Below, one piece after another: positions 54,581 through 64,000 of a DNA stretch of 64,000 bases. A program made the position numbers and the translations under genes. The notes beneath the pieces were generated by a model. That model searched no databases and was not told the origin of the DNA. It saw only the letters and a list, made by a program, of their open reading frames with translations. How positions within the stretch are numbered: position 1 is the stretch's first letter; the number at the start of each line of letters is the position of its first letter. The stretch comes from Thermodesulfobacteriota bacterium (GTDB lineage Bacteria; Desulfobacterota_D; UBA1144; Nemesobacterales; Nemesobacteraceae). The DNA lies in NCBI GenBank assembly GCA_965204665.1, contig OZ242002.1, forward strand, positions 1,590,336 to 1,654,335. The letters run 5' to 3'.

Positions 54581-54652
54581 GCCGATGTAGCTCAGTGGTA
54601 GAGCAGCTCACTCGTAATGAGCAGGTCAGGGGTTCAAATCCCCTCGTCGGCT
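54581..54652 (+). tRNA. tRNA-Thr (anticodon CGT)
   Basis: Acceptor stem gccgatg/cgtcggc, D arm gctcagtggtagagc, anticodon arm gctca-ctCGTaa-tgagc, T loop ggttcaaatcc; CCA not encoded. Confidence 0.95.
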
Positions 54653-55899
54653 TTAACACCTTCTTGCCGGAACAACTTCATGAAGTATCTACTGAATTCC
54701 TCAGGCGAGAGGTTTGTGCACGAAGAGATCTTTTGTAACATTTCAGGATTTTCAAGATCGTCCGGTTTCATCTTGACCATGTGTTTCTGGGCCACTTCGT
54801 AAGCCTCGGTGTTGGTATCCATGTATCTGACTTTTATGATGTTCGTTTCCTTGTCTATGAGATCCGAGAACGGCGTCGCCTGCATTTTCCCGCGTCTTAC
54901 GTACACAAGCGCGCCGCCTGCGTACTCTTTTCCGAGCAGGTATTTGGTCGCGCAGTATCCGAGCTTGCGAGTGTAATCGACATCGAAGGGAATTGGCTGG
55001 GCGCAGCGGAGTTCGTAGCCGAGTCTTTTGTGCACAAGGTCGACATCAATTCCTTTTGATGAAAGTTTTTCTCCGAGACCGCTTTTCAGGAGTTGGCCGA
55101 AATTGATGTCCGCGTACTTTATTCTTCCCATATTGTCTCTATCCATTATTCCCAGGTCCACCGGGTCTATCTTATCAATCATGCCTTCCGCGAGTATTGC
55201 CACTCCGTAGGCTTTTCCCATGGAGAGTCTTTTTATTATTGCGCCTTCAAGGATGGTGAGAAGACCGTCAAGCTGAACTTTCCGTTCTGTGAAGTCCTCG
55301 GGAATTATTGTCAGAGTAGCACCTGATGACTGTCCGATGCCGAGCGCGAGGTGACCGGTCCTTCTTCCCATCGTTATGATCAGAAACCATCTGCATGTGG
55401 TCCGAGCCTCCTCCATTATGTGATTCATCAACTTGGCCCCGACATCTCTCGCAGTCTCGAATCCGAATGTGGGTATGTAGTCGGGCAGGGCAATGTTATT
55501 GTCTATGGTTTTCGGAAGATGGGCTATTCTCACACTCCCCCCGAAATGCTTATCAAGAGCGTCGGCGAGAAACATCGTTCCGTCGCCGCCTATGCTCACC
55601 AGATATCCTATTCCCAGTTTTTCGATGGAGGAGACCGTATTTTCGAAGGTTCGCTTCGTCGCGAGGGGGCTGTGTCTGGATATCCCTATTATGGACCCTC
55701 CTGTAGTATGGATTCTTGAAGTGTTTCCGACATCAAGGTTGAGCACTTTTGATATATCCCCCTGGGATATCCACTTGAATCCGTCAATAATGCCGACTAC
55801 TTCCTTTCCTCGGTTAGTGGCTTCAATGGTGACTGAACTTATCACTCCGTTTATACCCGGCGCTGGTCCTCCCGCCGTTATGAGTCCCACCCTGTTCAT
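54634..55899 (-). CDS. pfkA: 6-phosphofructokinase family protein
   Basis: GGPAPGIN, GGDGT, PKTIDN, MGR, GYELRC; ATP versus PPi donor not certain. Confidence 0.9.
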   Translation of the reverse strand: MNRVGLITAGGPAPGINGVISSVTIEATNRGKEVVGIIDGFKWISQGDISKVLNLDVGNTSRIHTTGGSIIGISRHSPLATKRTFENTVSSIEKLGIGYLVSIGGDGTMFLADALDKHFGGSVRIAHLPKTIDNNIALPDYIPTFGFETARDVGAKLMNHIMEEARTTCRWFLIITMGRRTGHLALGIGQSSGATLTIIPEDFTERKVQLDGLLTILEGAIIKRLSMGKAYGVAILAEGMIDKIDPVDLGIMDRDNMGRIKYADINFGQLLKSGLGEKLSSKGIDVDLVHKRLGYELRCAQPIPFDVDYTRKLGYCATKYLLGKEYAGGALVYVRRGKMQATPFSDLIDKETNIIKVRYMDTNTEAYEVAQKHMVKMKPDDLENPEMLQKISSCTNLSPEEFSRYFMKLFRQEGVKADEGI

Positions 55900-55927
55900 A
55901 GTCGTTTCTCCGTGTTGTTTATACTTT

Positions 55928-56626
55928 TCATGCCAGCCTTTCCATCCTGTATTTCTTGTTTCTATACTCTCTGGTCTTCGTATAACCGGCCACGGATACG
56001 AGCCCGCACGCGAATCCGCTTATATGAGCCCAGACCGTGTCTGTACCGACTTCGCCGATATAACCTATGTACATCGAGAACTGGGTAATGAACCAGATTG
56101 CTATAAACACGTAAGCCTTTATTTTCACGAACCGCAAGGGTACGGGCGGAATTAGAAGAAGCACAAGGATATCCGATCTCATGAAAAAAAGAGAGTAAGC
56201 TCCCAATACTCCGGAAATCGCACCGCTTGCGCCTACCACCGGAATCTGCGAACCGGAATCGACCGCTGATTGCACGAGAAGCGCCGAAAGGCCGCAGAAC
56301 AGATACAGAAGCAGATACCTGGCGTGTCCCGTCATGCATTCGACCCCTTTTCCGAAGATGTACAGGAAAATCAGATTTCCCGCTATATGCAGCCAACCTT
56401 CATGTACGAACATGGAACTGAAGAACTTGGTCGTCTGCTTGAGGAATCCGTAAGCGCCGAGGGATGTTGCTTCGCTGGGAACGATACCGTACGTTCGGTA
56501 GAACATTTCAAGAGCGTCTTTATCCAGAAAGAGTGTATAGGAGAAAAAAAGCGCGTTTAAGGCCAGAAGCGTGCAGTTCACATATGGAGTGGAGTCTGTT
56601 CTTATTGTACTTTTAACCGGTATCAT
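55928..56626 (-). CDS. Rhomboid family intramembrane serine protease
   Basis: H.GWLHIAGN, GASGAISG, AHISGF. Confidence 0.88.
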   Translation of the reverse strand: MIPVKSTIRTDSTPYVNCTLLALNALFFSYTLFLDKDALEMFYRTYGIVPSEATSLGAYGFLKQTTKFFSSMFVHEGWLHIAGNLIFLYIFGKGVECMTGHARYLLLYLFCGLSALLVQSAVDSGSQIPVVGASGAISGVLGAYSLFFMRSDILVLLLIPPVPLRFVKIKAYVFIAIWFITQFSMYIGYIGEVGTDTVWAHISGFACGLVSVAGYTKTREYRNKKYRMERLA

Positions 56627-56679
56627 ATTGCTTGAGTATACTTGAATTCAAGAGATCTGACGGCAGCTGGAAACAAAAA

Positions 56680-57180
56680 ATGTCGAAGAACAAGGCGACT
56701 GAAAACCTTGATGTGATCAGAACCGACATAAGGAAAATCTTCCTCAGGGTTTCGTTGTTCGCTGTAAACGCAGGGCTGTTTTCAACTGGCGGAAACCCGC
56801 GACCTCGAATACGGGAAGAAGGTTTTTCCGGTGAGATTTTCCGTCAGATGCGTCTACTTGGAACAGATGTCGTATTTTACTCCTGCGAATCCGGTCAATG
56901 CGATTTTCTGAGTACACACGCCGCGGCGCTCAAGCGCAACGGCCACACCGTTCTGAAGGACAGAGAAGGCGTGTCCGGAAAATTGGAGAAGGTAGACTGC
57001 GTGATTATCGGTTCCGAGGAATCGGACATTGATTTTTTCCCTCTCGCGGCTTTCCGCACAGCGCCTATTTCAGCTCCGCTCCTGCTTAAGGCGGAATCGG
57101 ATTACGTGTCGAACTATGATGGAGAATCGGCCTTTACGGAAATTGCCGACCTGATTGTGAATTCAAAGAAACGAGTCTGA
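56680..57180 (+). CDS. Hypothetical protein, distant KdsC/HAD-like
   Basis: C-terminal APLLLKAESDYVS..GESAFTEIADLI resembles KdsC, but no N-terminal DxD catalytic motif. Confidence 0.45.
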   Translation: MSKNKATENLDVIRTDIRKIFLRVSLFAVNAGLFSTGGNPRPRIREEGFSGEIFRQMRLLGTDVVFYSCESGQCDFLSTHAAALKRNGHTVLKDREGVSGKLEKVDCVIIGSEESDIDFFPLAAFRTAPISAPLLLKAESDYVSNYDGESAFTEIADLIVNSKKRV

Positions 57181-57192
57181 AAATTCCTTGCG

Positions 57193-58329
57193 ATGAAACC
57201 CGCCGCCCAACTTTCCTCCCTCGTAAAAAACCGCGCGAGAGAACTCGGTTTCAATCTAGTTGGGATAAGTTCTGTTGACGACCGTTATCCTGAAGGGGAG
57301 TTTTTTGAGCGGTGGATCAGGAGCGGTTATGCGGGAGAGATGGGTTATCTCAAGAGAGGGGTACTTAAGAGAAAGGAAATCCACAGGGTGCTTCCGAACG
57401 CGAAATCCGTTATATCATGCACGCTTGACTACAACACGGAAAACCCTCTTTCGACCGAGGTTTCGGATAATACAAGCGGCTGGATAGCGCGGTATGCCTG
57501 GGGAGACGACTACCACGACGTTATGAAGGCGATGCTTGATGACCTCGCCGATTATGTAAGTAGCCTCGGCCGACAAAATGCGTGTACGAAGGCATATGTG
57601 GACACGGGTCCCGTTCTTGAGAAAACACATGCCGCCCGCTGCGGAATCGGTTGGATAGGCAAAAATACATGTCTCATAAACCAGAAGACCGGCTCATGGT
57701 CTTTTCTGGGCGAGGTAATAACGGATATCGAACTTGCGGGCGATACTCCGGCTGCAGACAGGTGCGGCAGCTGCAGAAGATGTATAGACGCCTGTCCCAC
57801 GGATGCGATAGTGCGTCCCTATGTTCTTGACGCCACGAAATGCGTTTCCTACCTCACAATAGAACTCAAGGGGAAGATTCCGGAAGGTCTCAGAGAGGGG
57901 ATGGAGAACAATGTTTTCGGTTGCGACATCTGCCAGGATGTCTGTCCGTGGAACCGTCGCGCCCCCTTTACTCTGAAAGAACAATTTCTGCCCAGAGAGA
58001 AACTTCTGGCTCCCGAGTTTTCCTGGCTTCTTTCGCTTGACGACGAAGAATTCAAGGATGTTTTCAGGAAAAGTCCGGTAAAGAGGTCCAAGCGTAGAGG
58101 TTTTATGAGAAATGTGCTCGTGGCTGTTGGAAATTCGGGAAATAAAGAGTATATAAAGTATGTAAGGTTGCTTCTCCGGGATAAAGAACCGTTGATAAGG
58201 GCTCATGCGGTCTGGGCTCTATGGAAACTCTGCGGTGAGCGGTGCGTAGAAGACCTTCGGAACATGCTCGCCCGCGAAACAGACCCGGATGTGCTGGAGG
58301 AGATTCATCGTATTACCGATATTGTGTGA
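57193..58329 (+). CDS. queG: Epoxyqueuosine reductase
   Basis: ARYAWGDDYH, VDTGPVLEK, CGSCRRCIDACPT, GCDICQDVCPWN, HEAT-like tail. Confidence 0.95.
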   Translation: MKPAAQLSSLVKNRARELGFNLVGISSVDDRYPEGEFFERWIRSGYAGEMGYLKRGVLKRKEIHRVLPNAKSVISCTLDYNTENPLSTEVSDNTSGWIARYAWGDDYHDVMKAMLDDLADYVSSLGRQNACTKAYVDTGPVLEKTHAARCGIGWIGKNTCLINQKTGSWSFLGEVITDIELAGDTPAADRCGSCRRCIDACPTDAIVRPYVLDATKCVSYLTIELKGKIPEGLREGMENNVFGCDICQDVCPWNRRAPFTLKEQFLPREKLLAPEFSWLLSLDDEEFKDVFRKSPVKRSKRRGFMRNVLVAVGNSGNKEYIKYVRLLLRDKEPLIRAHAVWALWKLCGERCVEDLRNMLARETDPDVLEEIHRITDIV

Positions 58330-58347
58330 AGTTGAGGTGCATTTTCC

Positions 58348-58770
58348 GTGAGTAACGACAAGGAAAATATAATCAGAACCAACAAAAAGTTTTATGATGC
58401 CCGTAATCGTTACGACCTTGATCTGATCGAAGGGGTGTGGGTCAATGATATTCGGGCCAAGTGCGTCCACGCCGGTTGGCCGATAATTTTCGGTTGGGAA
58501 GCCATAAAGGAGAGTTGGAAGACCATCTTTGAAACAGGTGGTTTCGACCATGTGGATATTTCTGATTTTTTTGTTGAGGTTAAGGAGAACTCCTCTTGGC
58601 TTAACTGTATAGAGAGGGCTACATACTCTGTAGAAAATCGTAGAATCGTAATGCTTGCCCAAGTGACCAACATATTCGAACTTCTTGACGGAGAATGGAA
58701 AATGGCACTACACCATGCCTCTTTAATGCCTATCCCGCGCAAGGAGATTGATTACGAAAATATCCAATAA
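58348..58770 (+). CDS. SnoaL/NTF2-like protein
   Basis: CVHAGW..I.GW..I.ESW, TNIF, WKMALHHAS. Confidence 0.8.
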   Translation: MSNDKENIIRTNKKFYDARNRYDLDLIEGVWVNDIRAKCVHAGWPIIFGWEAIKESWKTIFETGGFDHVDISDFFVEVKENSSWLNCIERATYSVENRRIVMLAQVTNIFELLDGEWKMALHHASLMPIPRKEIDYENIQ

Positions 58771-58827
58771 GAGTTCTTGAGAATTTTTTGTGGTAGGTTC
58801 GAAGACCGATAAATAGTTGGGAGTTGT

Positions 58828-61157
58828 TCAGTTGCTCCCCACCCATTGCTTTTTGTACTTATCAAAATACTCTCTGTGTTTTAAGTATTCTTTTATTTCC
58901 CTATAGTTGCTGTCTTGGTCATAGGTGGGGATAAACAGATAATCTAACAAATCTAGTTTTTTGACATCAGACATTATGGTTCCTGAGGATATTGCTGTCA
59001 TTTGAGTAAGGTAATCATCAGAAAACATAAACTTCAAGAAGTTATATCTCTCTCGTTCATCAGGTATTGTGATACTATAAAAGCCATTAGAGAATATCAA
59101 ATCATCCTCAACTCTAGTCAGATAAACAAAGTTGTTAAAAGAACCCTGCATCTTTGACAATAAGATGCTATTGTCTTGCGGAATAAGTTTTGCTCTATTT
59201 GGGAGACTCCAACCCCTTAGTTTGTCTACCTCCAACATATTGTCTCTATAGACATTCCCAGTCTCAACATATCTGTAAATATAACTCTTCTTTATATGAG
59301 GTTCATTGTTGGTAGTAACCTCTGATGATATTCTTCTGAGAGTTGTCCAAGACTTATTCTTTAATCTATTGGTACATTTTTTATATTCCGGCAAATATCT
59401 GCCCATTAATATTCTACAATCGCGCTCATTCTTTATATCGGACACTTTCATAGTGCTATATTCTCTCTCAAGTGTGTGTGTGGGGGGGGGGTAATTAAGA
59501 GTCCAACCAGTCATATTCTCCTTACAGAAACTATAAAATCTCGCTTGAATATTAAATAAATCGTTTTCTATTACTTTCTCATTCCGCTCGTCATACAAAA
59601 AAACTCCATCAGATTCGTCTCTTTTATGAAGTATTGGTGCTCTTTTCGTTTTGTGGTCGAATCCAACTTTTTCTGCACTATCGACAAATATGTTGTAGTT
59701 TCCCAGTTTACTAGTTTCCTTACGCTTTTCTAGGACCAATATAGAAGTTTTACCACCAGAACCAGAACACTTAAAGACTCCGTCAGGCAATCTTATAACT
59801 CCAACAATTCGTGCATTATCCAACATATAGTCTCTGAGAAACTTATCAGTAGGGTTATCTAAATAACCAGTCGGTAAAATAATGACCAACACTCCTTCGC
59901 TCTTTAGAAGGGTCAGACAACGTTCTACAAACAACTTCCCACTTTCTTTTGTAGGTAGTCTATAACCTATATTGTTGTGTTTCGTGTTTTTTCCGAATGG
60001 GGGATTTGTGATAATAACATCTAACGTGTCGGAAGATTCTTTTACTTCTTCAAGTGAATCTTTATTTTTAACTTCAGTTCTTCCATCTCCATGTAAAATC
60101 ATGTTAATTTGTGATAAGGTTGTGGCATCAGGATCTACATCCCAACATGCGATATTTTTTACCAACTCATTCAACCCTTCTTTAGTTCCTCTTGACAAAA
60201 GACCAACCATAAAATCACCTGAGCCACTACAAGGGTCCAATGCTTTTGTCGTTTTCCGCAAAGGAACTAAATTAACCATAAATGTTGCAATTTCTTTTGG
60301 TGTGTAATATTGGCTCAAGTCTTTTTTTAAGAAAGACGGAGCAAATTTCATATAAAACTCCTGAATTATTCTATTATCAGAATTTTTTAATGTGTAGTTC
60401 TGTAATATCTTGACACACTCAATTATGCTTTGATTCTTCAATTCTATGCTATTTGTTAGAACTCCCCAGATAGCTTTACCCCCCCCCCATAATATGCATA
60501 AGCCTTTGTATATAACTCCTTAATTTTCTGATGAAGGTTTTCATTAGCAGTATTAAATGCTAATTCATCACTAAACTTTTCATCATAATATTTTGCAATT
60601 AAAATCTTCAGTAGTTCTCTGTGCTTGTTTTTCGTGCCACCTTGGTAGTTTCTTAAGCATTGTTCCAGTTGATCCCATAATATTTGCGTATTAGTTAGTT
60701 TCTGTAGTTGGTCAATGGTCTTTTGACCAGACTGTTTTTGATAATTTAATTCGGTTAATCCATATTCCTTATCTTCTTTATCAATCAGGATTCTGTTTAC
60801 TTCATCCCAATAGATTCCATATACTAAATTGGGACACTGATCCATAGCTGGTTTCAGTTGGTATTTTATTGCGTCGTCTTTATCTTTGGGGTTAGTTTTA
60901 ATTTCTGCTATATATAACAAGTCCTTTAGTTTTCTACTTTTACTGTCTCTGAATACAGCAATATCTGTTCTTAGATTGTTTTTTGCTCCAGATCCATAAC
61001 ACAACAATATATATTCTAACTCTATGTTTTCCTTTGGAATTCGTGCAGTTTCTATTAAATAGTTAAGACATCCTATTTTGACCCCTTCCTCAAGAGAAGT
61101 TGTATTTTTTTCTCCTCTGATCGGACAGTAGAATCTATACCTTTCTTTTCTACTCAT
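58828..61157 (-). CDS. Restriction-modification fusion (HsdR-N-like nuclease + N6-adenine methyltransferase + probable TRD) split at a G10 tract (60479-60488)
   Basis: 5' ORF has EEGVK, RTDI and AEIK (PD-(D/E)XK-like); 3' ORF has QYYTP, DPCSGSGDF and TNPPF; G11 or G8 joins them through GKAIWGVLTNSIELKN; visibly AT-rich. Confidence 0.82.
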
Positions 61158-61246
61158 AACTTGTTCTCTCTTTAAGTAAGTTGTCTACGGTATCCGCTCA
61201 CCTCATTAAACCTATCAGAAAAAGCATATTTAATCTCGCTCAAGTT

Positions 61247-61261
61247 AAGTTTAATGGGCGA
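61247..61261 (-). repeat. Dispersed repeat A core at the island boundary
   Basis: Reverse complement tcgcccattaaactt exact; 2 bp from the mqnC stop. Confidence 0.75.
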
Positions 61262-61263
61262 AT

Positions 61264-62343
61264 TCAAAAACGTTCCAAGATTTCATAATAGGTGTTTCTC
61301 TGCGCGGGATTGAATCCTGCGCTTTTTATCATGTAAACGAGTTCATCCACGGTTGAACGGATTTTGTTTTCAGCGCATCCCAGAACATTTTCATCATAAA
61401 GAGTTCCGCCGAGGTCGCTTGCGCCGTAGTGCATCGACATCGATCCCATTTTCTTACCCTGAGTGAACCATGAACCCTGCACATGTCTGAAGTTGTCGAG
61501 AAATATCCTGCATACGGCTAAAACCCGCAGATACCTTTCTCCTCCGACCTCGTCCTTTATTCTCTTTTCAATAGGTGTGTTTTTCGGCTTGAATGTCCAC
61601 GGAATAAAAGCGAGAAAATTTCCGGTCTCATCCTGAAGGTCTCTTATTCTCGTCAGGTGTTCCACTATATCCTCGTCCTGTTCCAGATGTCCGAACATCA
61701 TCGTGGCGGTCGTCTTGAAACCTATGTTGTGCGCTTCCCTGGTGATTCTCATCCATACGTCCGCGTCTATCTTCAAAGGACTTATGGACCTTCTCACCCT
61801 GTTCGAAAGTACTTCCGCCCCGCCGCCGGGTATTGTTCTTAACCCCGCGTCCCAGAGATTCTGCAGCACATGCTCGGTGTCGAGATTTTCGTATTTGGCT
61901 ATCGCCGCTATTTCCGGAGCTGAAAAAGCGTGAAGATGAAGGTCGGGTATTTCATTCGAGGCTCTCCTTACAATTTCGATGTAGTAATCAAGTCTGAGTT
62001 TCGGGTTATGACCTCCCTGAAGAAGCACCGTGGTCGCGCCGTTGTGGTATGATGTGCGCATTACCTCGATGACTTTGTCGATACTCATGGTGTATGCGTC
62101 GTGCGCGCCTTCGGGTCTCCAGAAGGCGCAGAAAAGACATTCTGTGTCGCAGACGTTCGTGTAGTTGGGGTTTGTGTCGGCAACGAAAGTTACGGTATCG
62201 TCGGGGTGAAACCTTCTTCTAGTTATGCCCGCAAGCGAGCCCAGTCGAAGCAGATCTCCTTCTTTCAGCAGCAGGAGCGCCTGATCCGGCGATATGCGTT
62301 TCTGCTCAAAAACTCTGCTGTATATGTCTTTCACCTTCAACAC
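61264..62343 (-). CDS. mqnC: Cyclic dehypoxanthine futalosine synthase (CofH/MqnC radical SAM)
   Basis: NYTNVCDTECLFCAF, LQGGHNP, PGGGAE, AFIPWTF, QGSW.TQG. Confidence 0.85.
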   Translation of the reverse strand: MLKVKDIYSRVFEQKRISPDQALLLLKEGDLLRLGSLAGITRRRFHPDDTVTFVADTNPNYTNVCDTECLFCAFWRPEGAHDAYTMSIDKVIEVMRTSYHNGATTVLLQGGHNPKLRLDYYIEIVRRASNEIPDLHLHAFSAPEIAAIAKYENLDTEHVLQNLWDAGLRTIPGGGAEVLSNRVRRSISPLKIDADVWMRITREAHNIGFKTTATMMFGHLEQDEDIVEHLTRIRDLQDETGNFLAFIPWTFKPKNTPIEKRIKDEVGGERYLRVLAVCRIFLDNFRHVQGSWFTQGKKMGSMSMHYGASDLGGTLYDENVLGCAENKIRSTVDELVYMIKSAGFNPAQRNTYYEILERF

Positions 62344-62559
62344 AGCGAACTAATAAAGCCAATCATGAACTTAAAGTCAACCGTTTATCCGCAGCGCAAC
62401 CGGCCATCTGCCGGTATGTATTTTAACTCCCGTTTTTGTTATTCTGTTAACCGTGAGGTCATATCTGAAAGGTGTCCTTCCGCTCGGAGAACGGTTCTGT
62501 TCTGCCCGAAGTAGTTCTGGTTCGTGGAATGAAAACCGAGAGAAATTTGGGTGTATGCA

Positions 62560-64000
62560 TTGAAAAAGTTTTTTAAAAAACCGATCTTTTACGTTTTTTT
62601 TCTGCTTCTTGTCTTCTGTGCTGGGTATTCCCCCGCGTTTTCTTCGGATGCCAAGGAACTCCTGTTCTCCCGCAGTCAGGCGGATGCCTATTATCATTTC
62701 ATGCTTTCGGAAATCTATCTGGAGAAAGGAGATATCCTTCGCGCGGAACAAAATCTCGTGAAAGCGGAAGAGGTTGACTCCGAGTCTTCAGAGATAAAAT
62801 ACAGGCTGAGTCTTATCTATATGTTTCTCAACATGCCCGACAAGGCTGCAGATAAACTCACCCGGTCCATAGAGATCGATCCGTCAAATTCTTCCGCATA
62901 CAGGGAACTCGGTCGTATCTACATATCTTCTTCGCATCCGCTGCACAGAAAGAGAGGCAAAATCCTTCTTCGAAAGGCGGTCGGCATCGATGACCGCGAT
63001 GCGGAAGCCTGTTTTCTGCTCGCCAAGGCCGAACTACGTTCCGGGAATTTCAATCTTGCGGAAAAGTATGCGGAAAAAGGACTTTCCGTAAATTCGATGG
63101 ATGTTCGGGGACATTTTTATCTGGGAAACATAGCGGCGGCCAAAGGAGACCTTGACGCCGCGGTAAGACATTACGACAGAGCCTTGACTATCCATCGCAG
63201 GTATTACCCGGCGTTCTCCGCTCTGGTGGAGACCCTCGAGAGGGCGGGCAATGTACAGGAGGCTGTATCCCGTTACGATGAAGCGATTAAAAAATTTACG
63301 CCTTACCGCGACCTTTTCCTGTCTTATGCGGATATGCTCAGCCGCCATGAAATGTACGAGGATGCGCTCGGCCAGTACATAAACGCTGAAGAACAGGACC
63401 CGAACAACGTTGAAATCAAGTACAGAATCGCTCTCCTGCAGATCAGAACCGGGAATTATCTGCAGGCAGCCGAAAAACTGGAGCGCGTTCTTGCCACGGC
63501 GCCTTCCAACATAGGGGCTAAATACTTCTCCGCCGTAGCCTTACTGAATCTCGGTGAATACTCCCGCGCGGAAAAATTTCTTGACTCCATCCCCCCGGAT
63601 TCACCGGTCCGGACGGATGTGATTCTTCTTCGCGCGCGTATACGTGAACTTGAAGGATCACCTGAAAAAGCTCTGGAGATTGTGGACGGGATTTATGAAG
63701 AGAAGCCTCATGATCCGAAGGTAGTTACGGCGTTGGGTGAACTTTACGGAAGACTCGGGAAATGGGAAGAAACAATTTCGCTTTACAGAAAGTATCTGCG
63801 GAAAAACCCTTTCGATGAGTCTGTGCTTTATTCTCTGGGTGTTTCCTATTACTACAGCGACCGAGTGGGAAAGTCGCTTGCCCTGATGAAAAACCTGATG
63901 AAGAAAAACCCGAAAAATTTCGATGCGATAAATTTTGTCGGGTACACCTACGCGGAAAAAGGTGAAAAACTTGATTATGCGGAAGACCTGATAAAAAAAG
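62560..64000 (+). CDS. Exported tetratricopeptide repeat protein (partial, runs off window end)
   Basis: Manual translation: signal-like N-terminus, AYYHFM, repeated TPR-like helices, INFVGYTYAE near the end; start uncertain (62551 or 62560). Confidence 0.8.
   Translation, partial: MKKFFKKPIFYVFFLLLVFCAGYSPAFSSDAKELLFSRSQADAYYHFMLSEIYLEKGDILRAEQNLVKAEEVDSESSEIKYRLSLIYMFLNMPDKAADKLTRSIEIDPSNSSAYRELGRIYISSSHPLHRKRGKILLRKAVGIDDRDAEACFLLAKAELRSGNFNLAEKYAEKGLSVNSMDVRGHFYLGNIAAAKGDLDAAVRHYDRALTIHRRYYPAFSALVETLERAGNVQEAVSRYDEAIKKFTPYRDLFLSYADMLSRHEMYEDALGQYINAEEQDPNNVEIKYRIALLQIRTGNYLQAAEKLERVLATAPSNIGAKYFSAVALLNLGEYSRAEKFLDSIPPDSPVRTDVILLRARIRELEGSPEKALEIVDGIYEEKPHDPKVVTALGELYGRLGKWEETISLYRKYLRKNPFDESVLYSLGVSYYYSDRVGKSLALMKNLMKKNPKNFDAINFVGYTYAEKGEKLDYAEDLIKK

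Noticed and set aside
52468-54652. tRNA-Thr-anchored genomic island
   Set aside because: Accessory DNA lies 5' of the tRNA; no duplicated tRNA end and no integrase found

Overview
Bacterial chromosomal window made mostly of housekeeping genes (leuCD, eno, hemW, ugd, topA, recG, sucAB, aspS, ddl, exbBD, lysA, a hemD-hemE fusion with hemH and hemY, pfk, queG, mqnC, tRNA-Thr), interrupted by accessory patches. (1) Three dispersed paralogs encode a lipoprotein with a collagen stalk and RTX-type calcium-binding repeats (3604-4911, 27760-28837 frameshifted, 53131-54432). Each has the same promoter layout, TTGACT-N6-poly(G)-TAGAAT, so G-tract length sets the -35/-10 spacing, and each is followed by a conserved structured 3' element. 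(2) A Dcm/GHKL-ATPase/Z1/PD-(D/E)XK/AIPR (Mza-like) defence island has its methyltransferase broken exactly at a G8 tract. (3) An AT-rich restriction-modification gene is broken at a G10 tract and carries a second repeat tract. (4) Two short dispersed repeat families mark the edges of accessory DNA. Together these suggest a poly-G contingency (phase-variation) repertoire covering surface proteins and defence enzymes; homopolymer sequencing error is the main alternative. All calls come from reading the sequence and ORF track by eye; no searches were run and the taxon cannot be established from this window.
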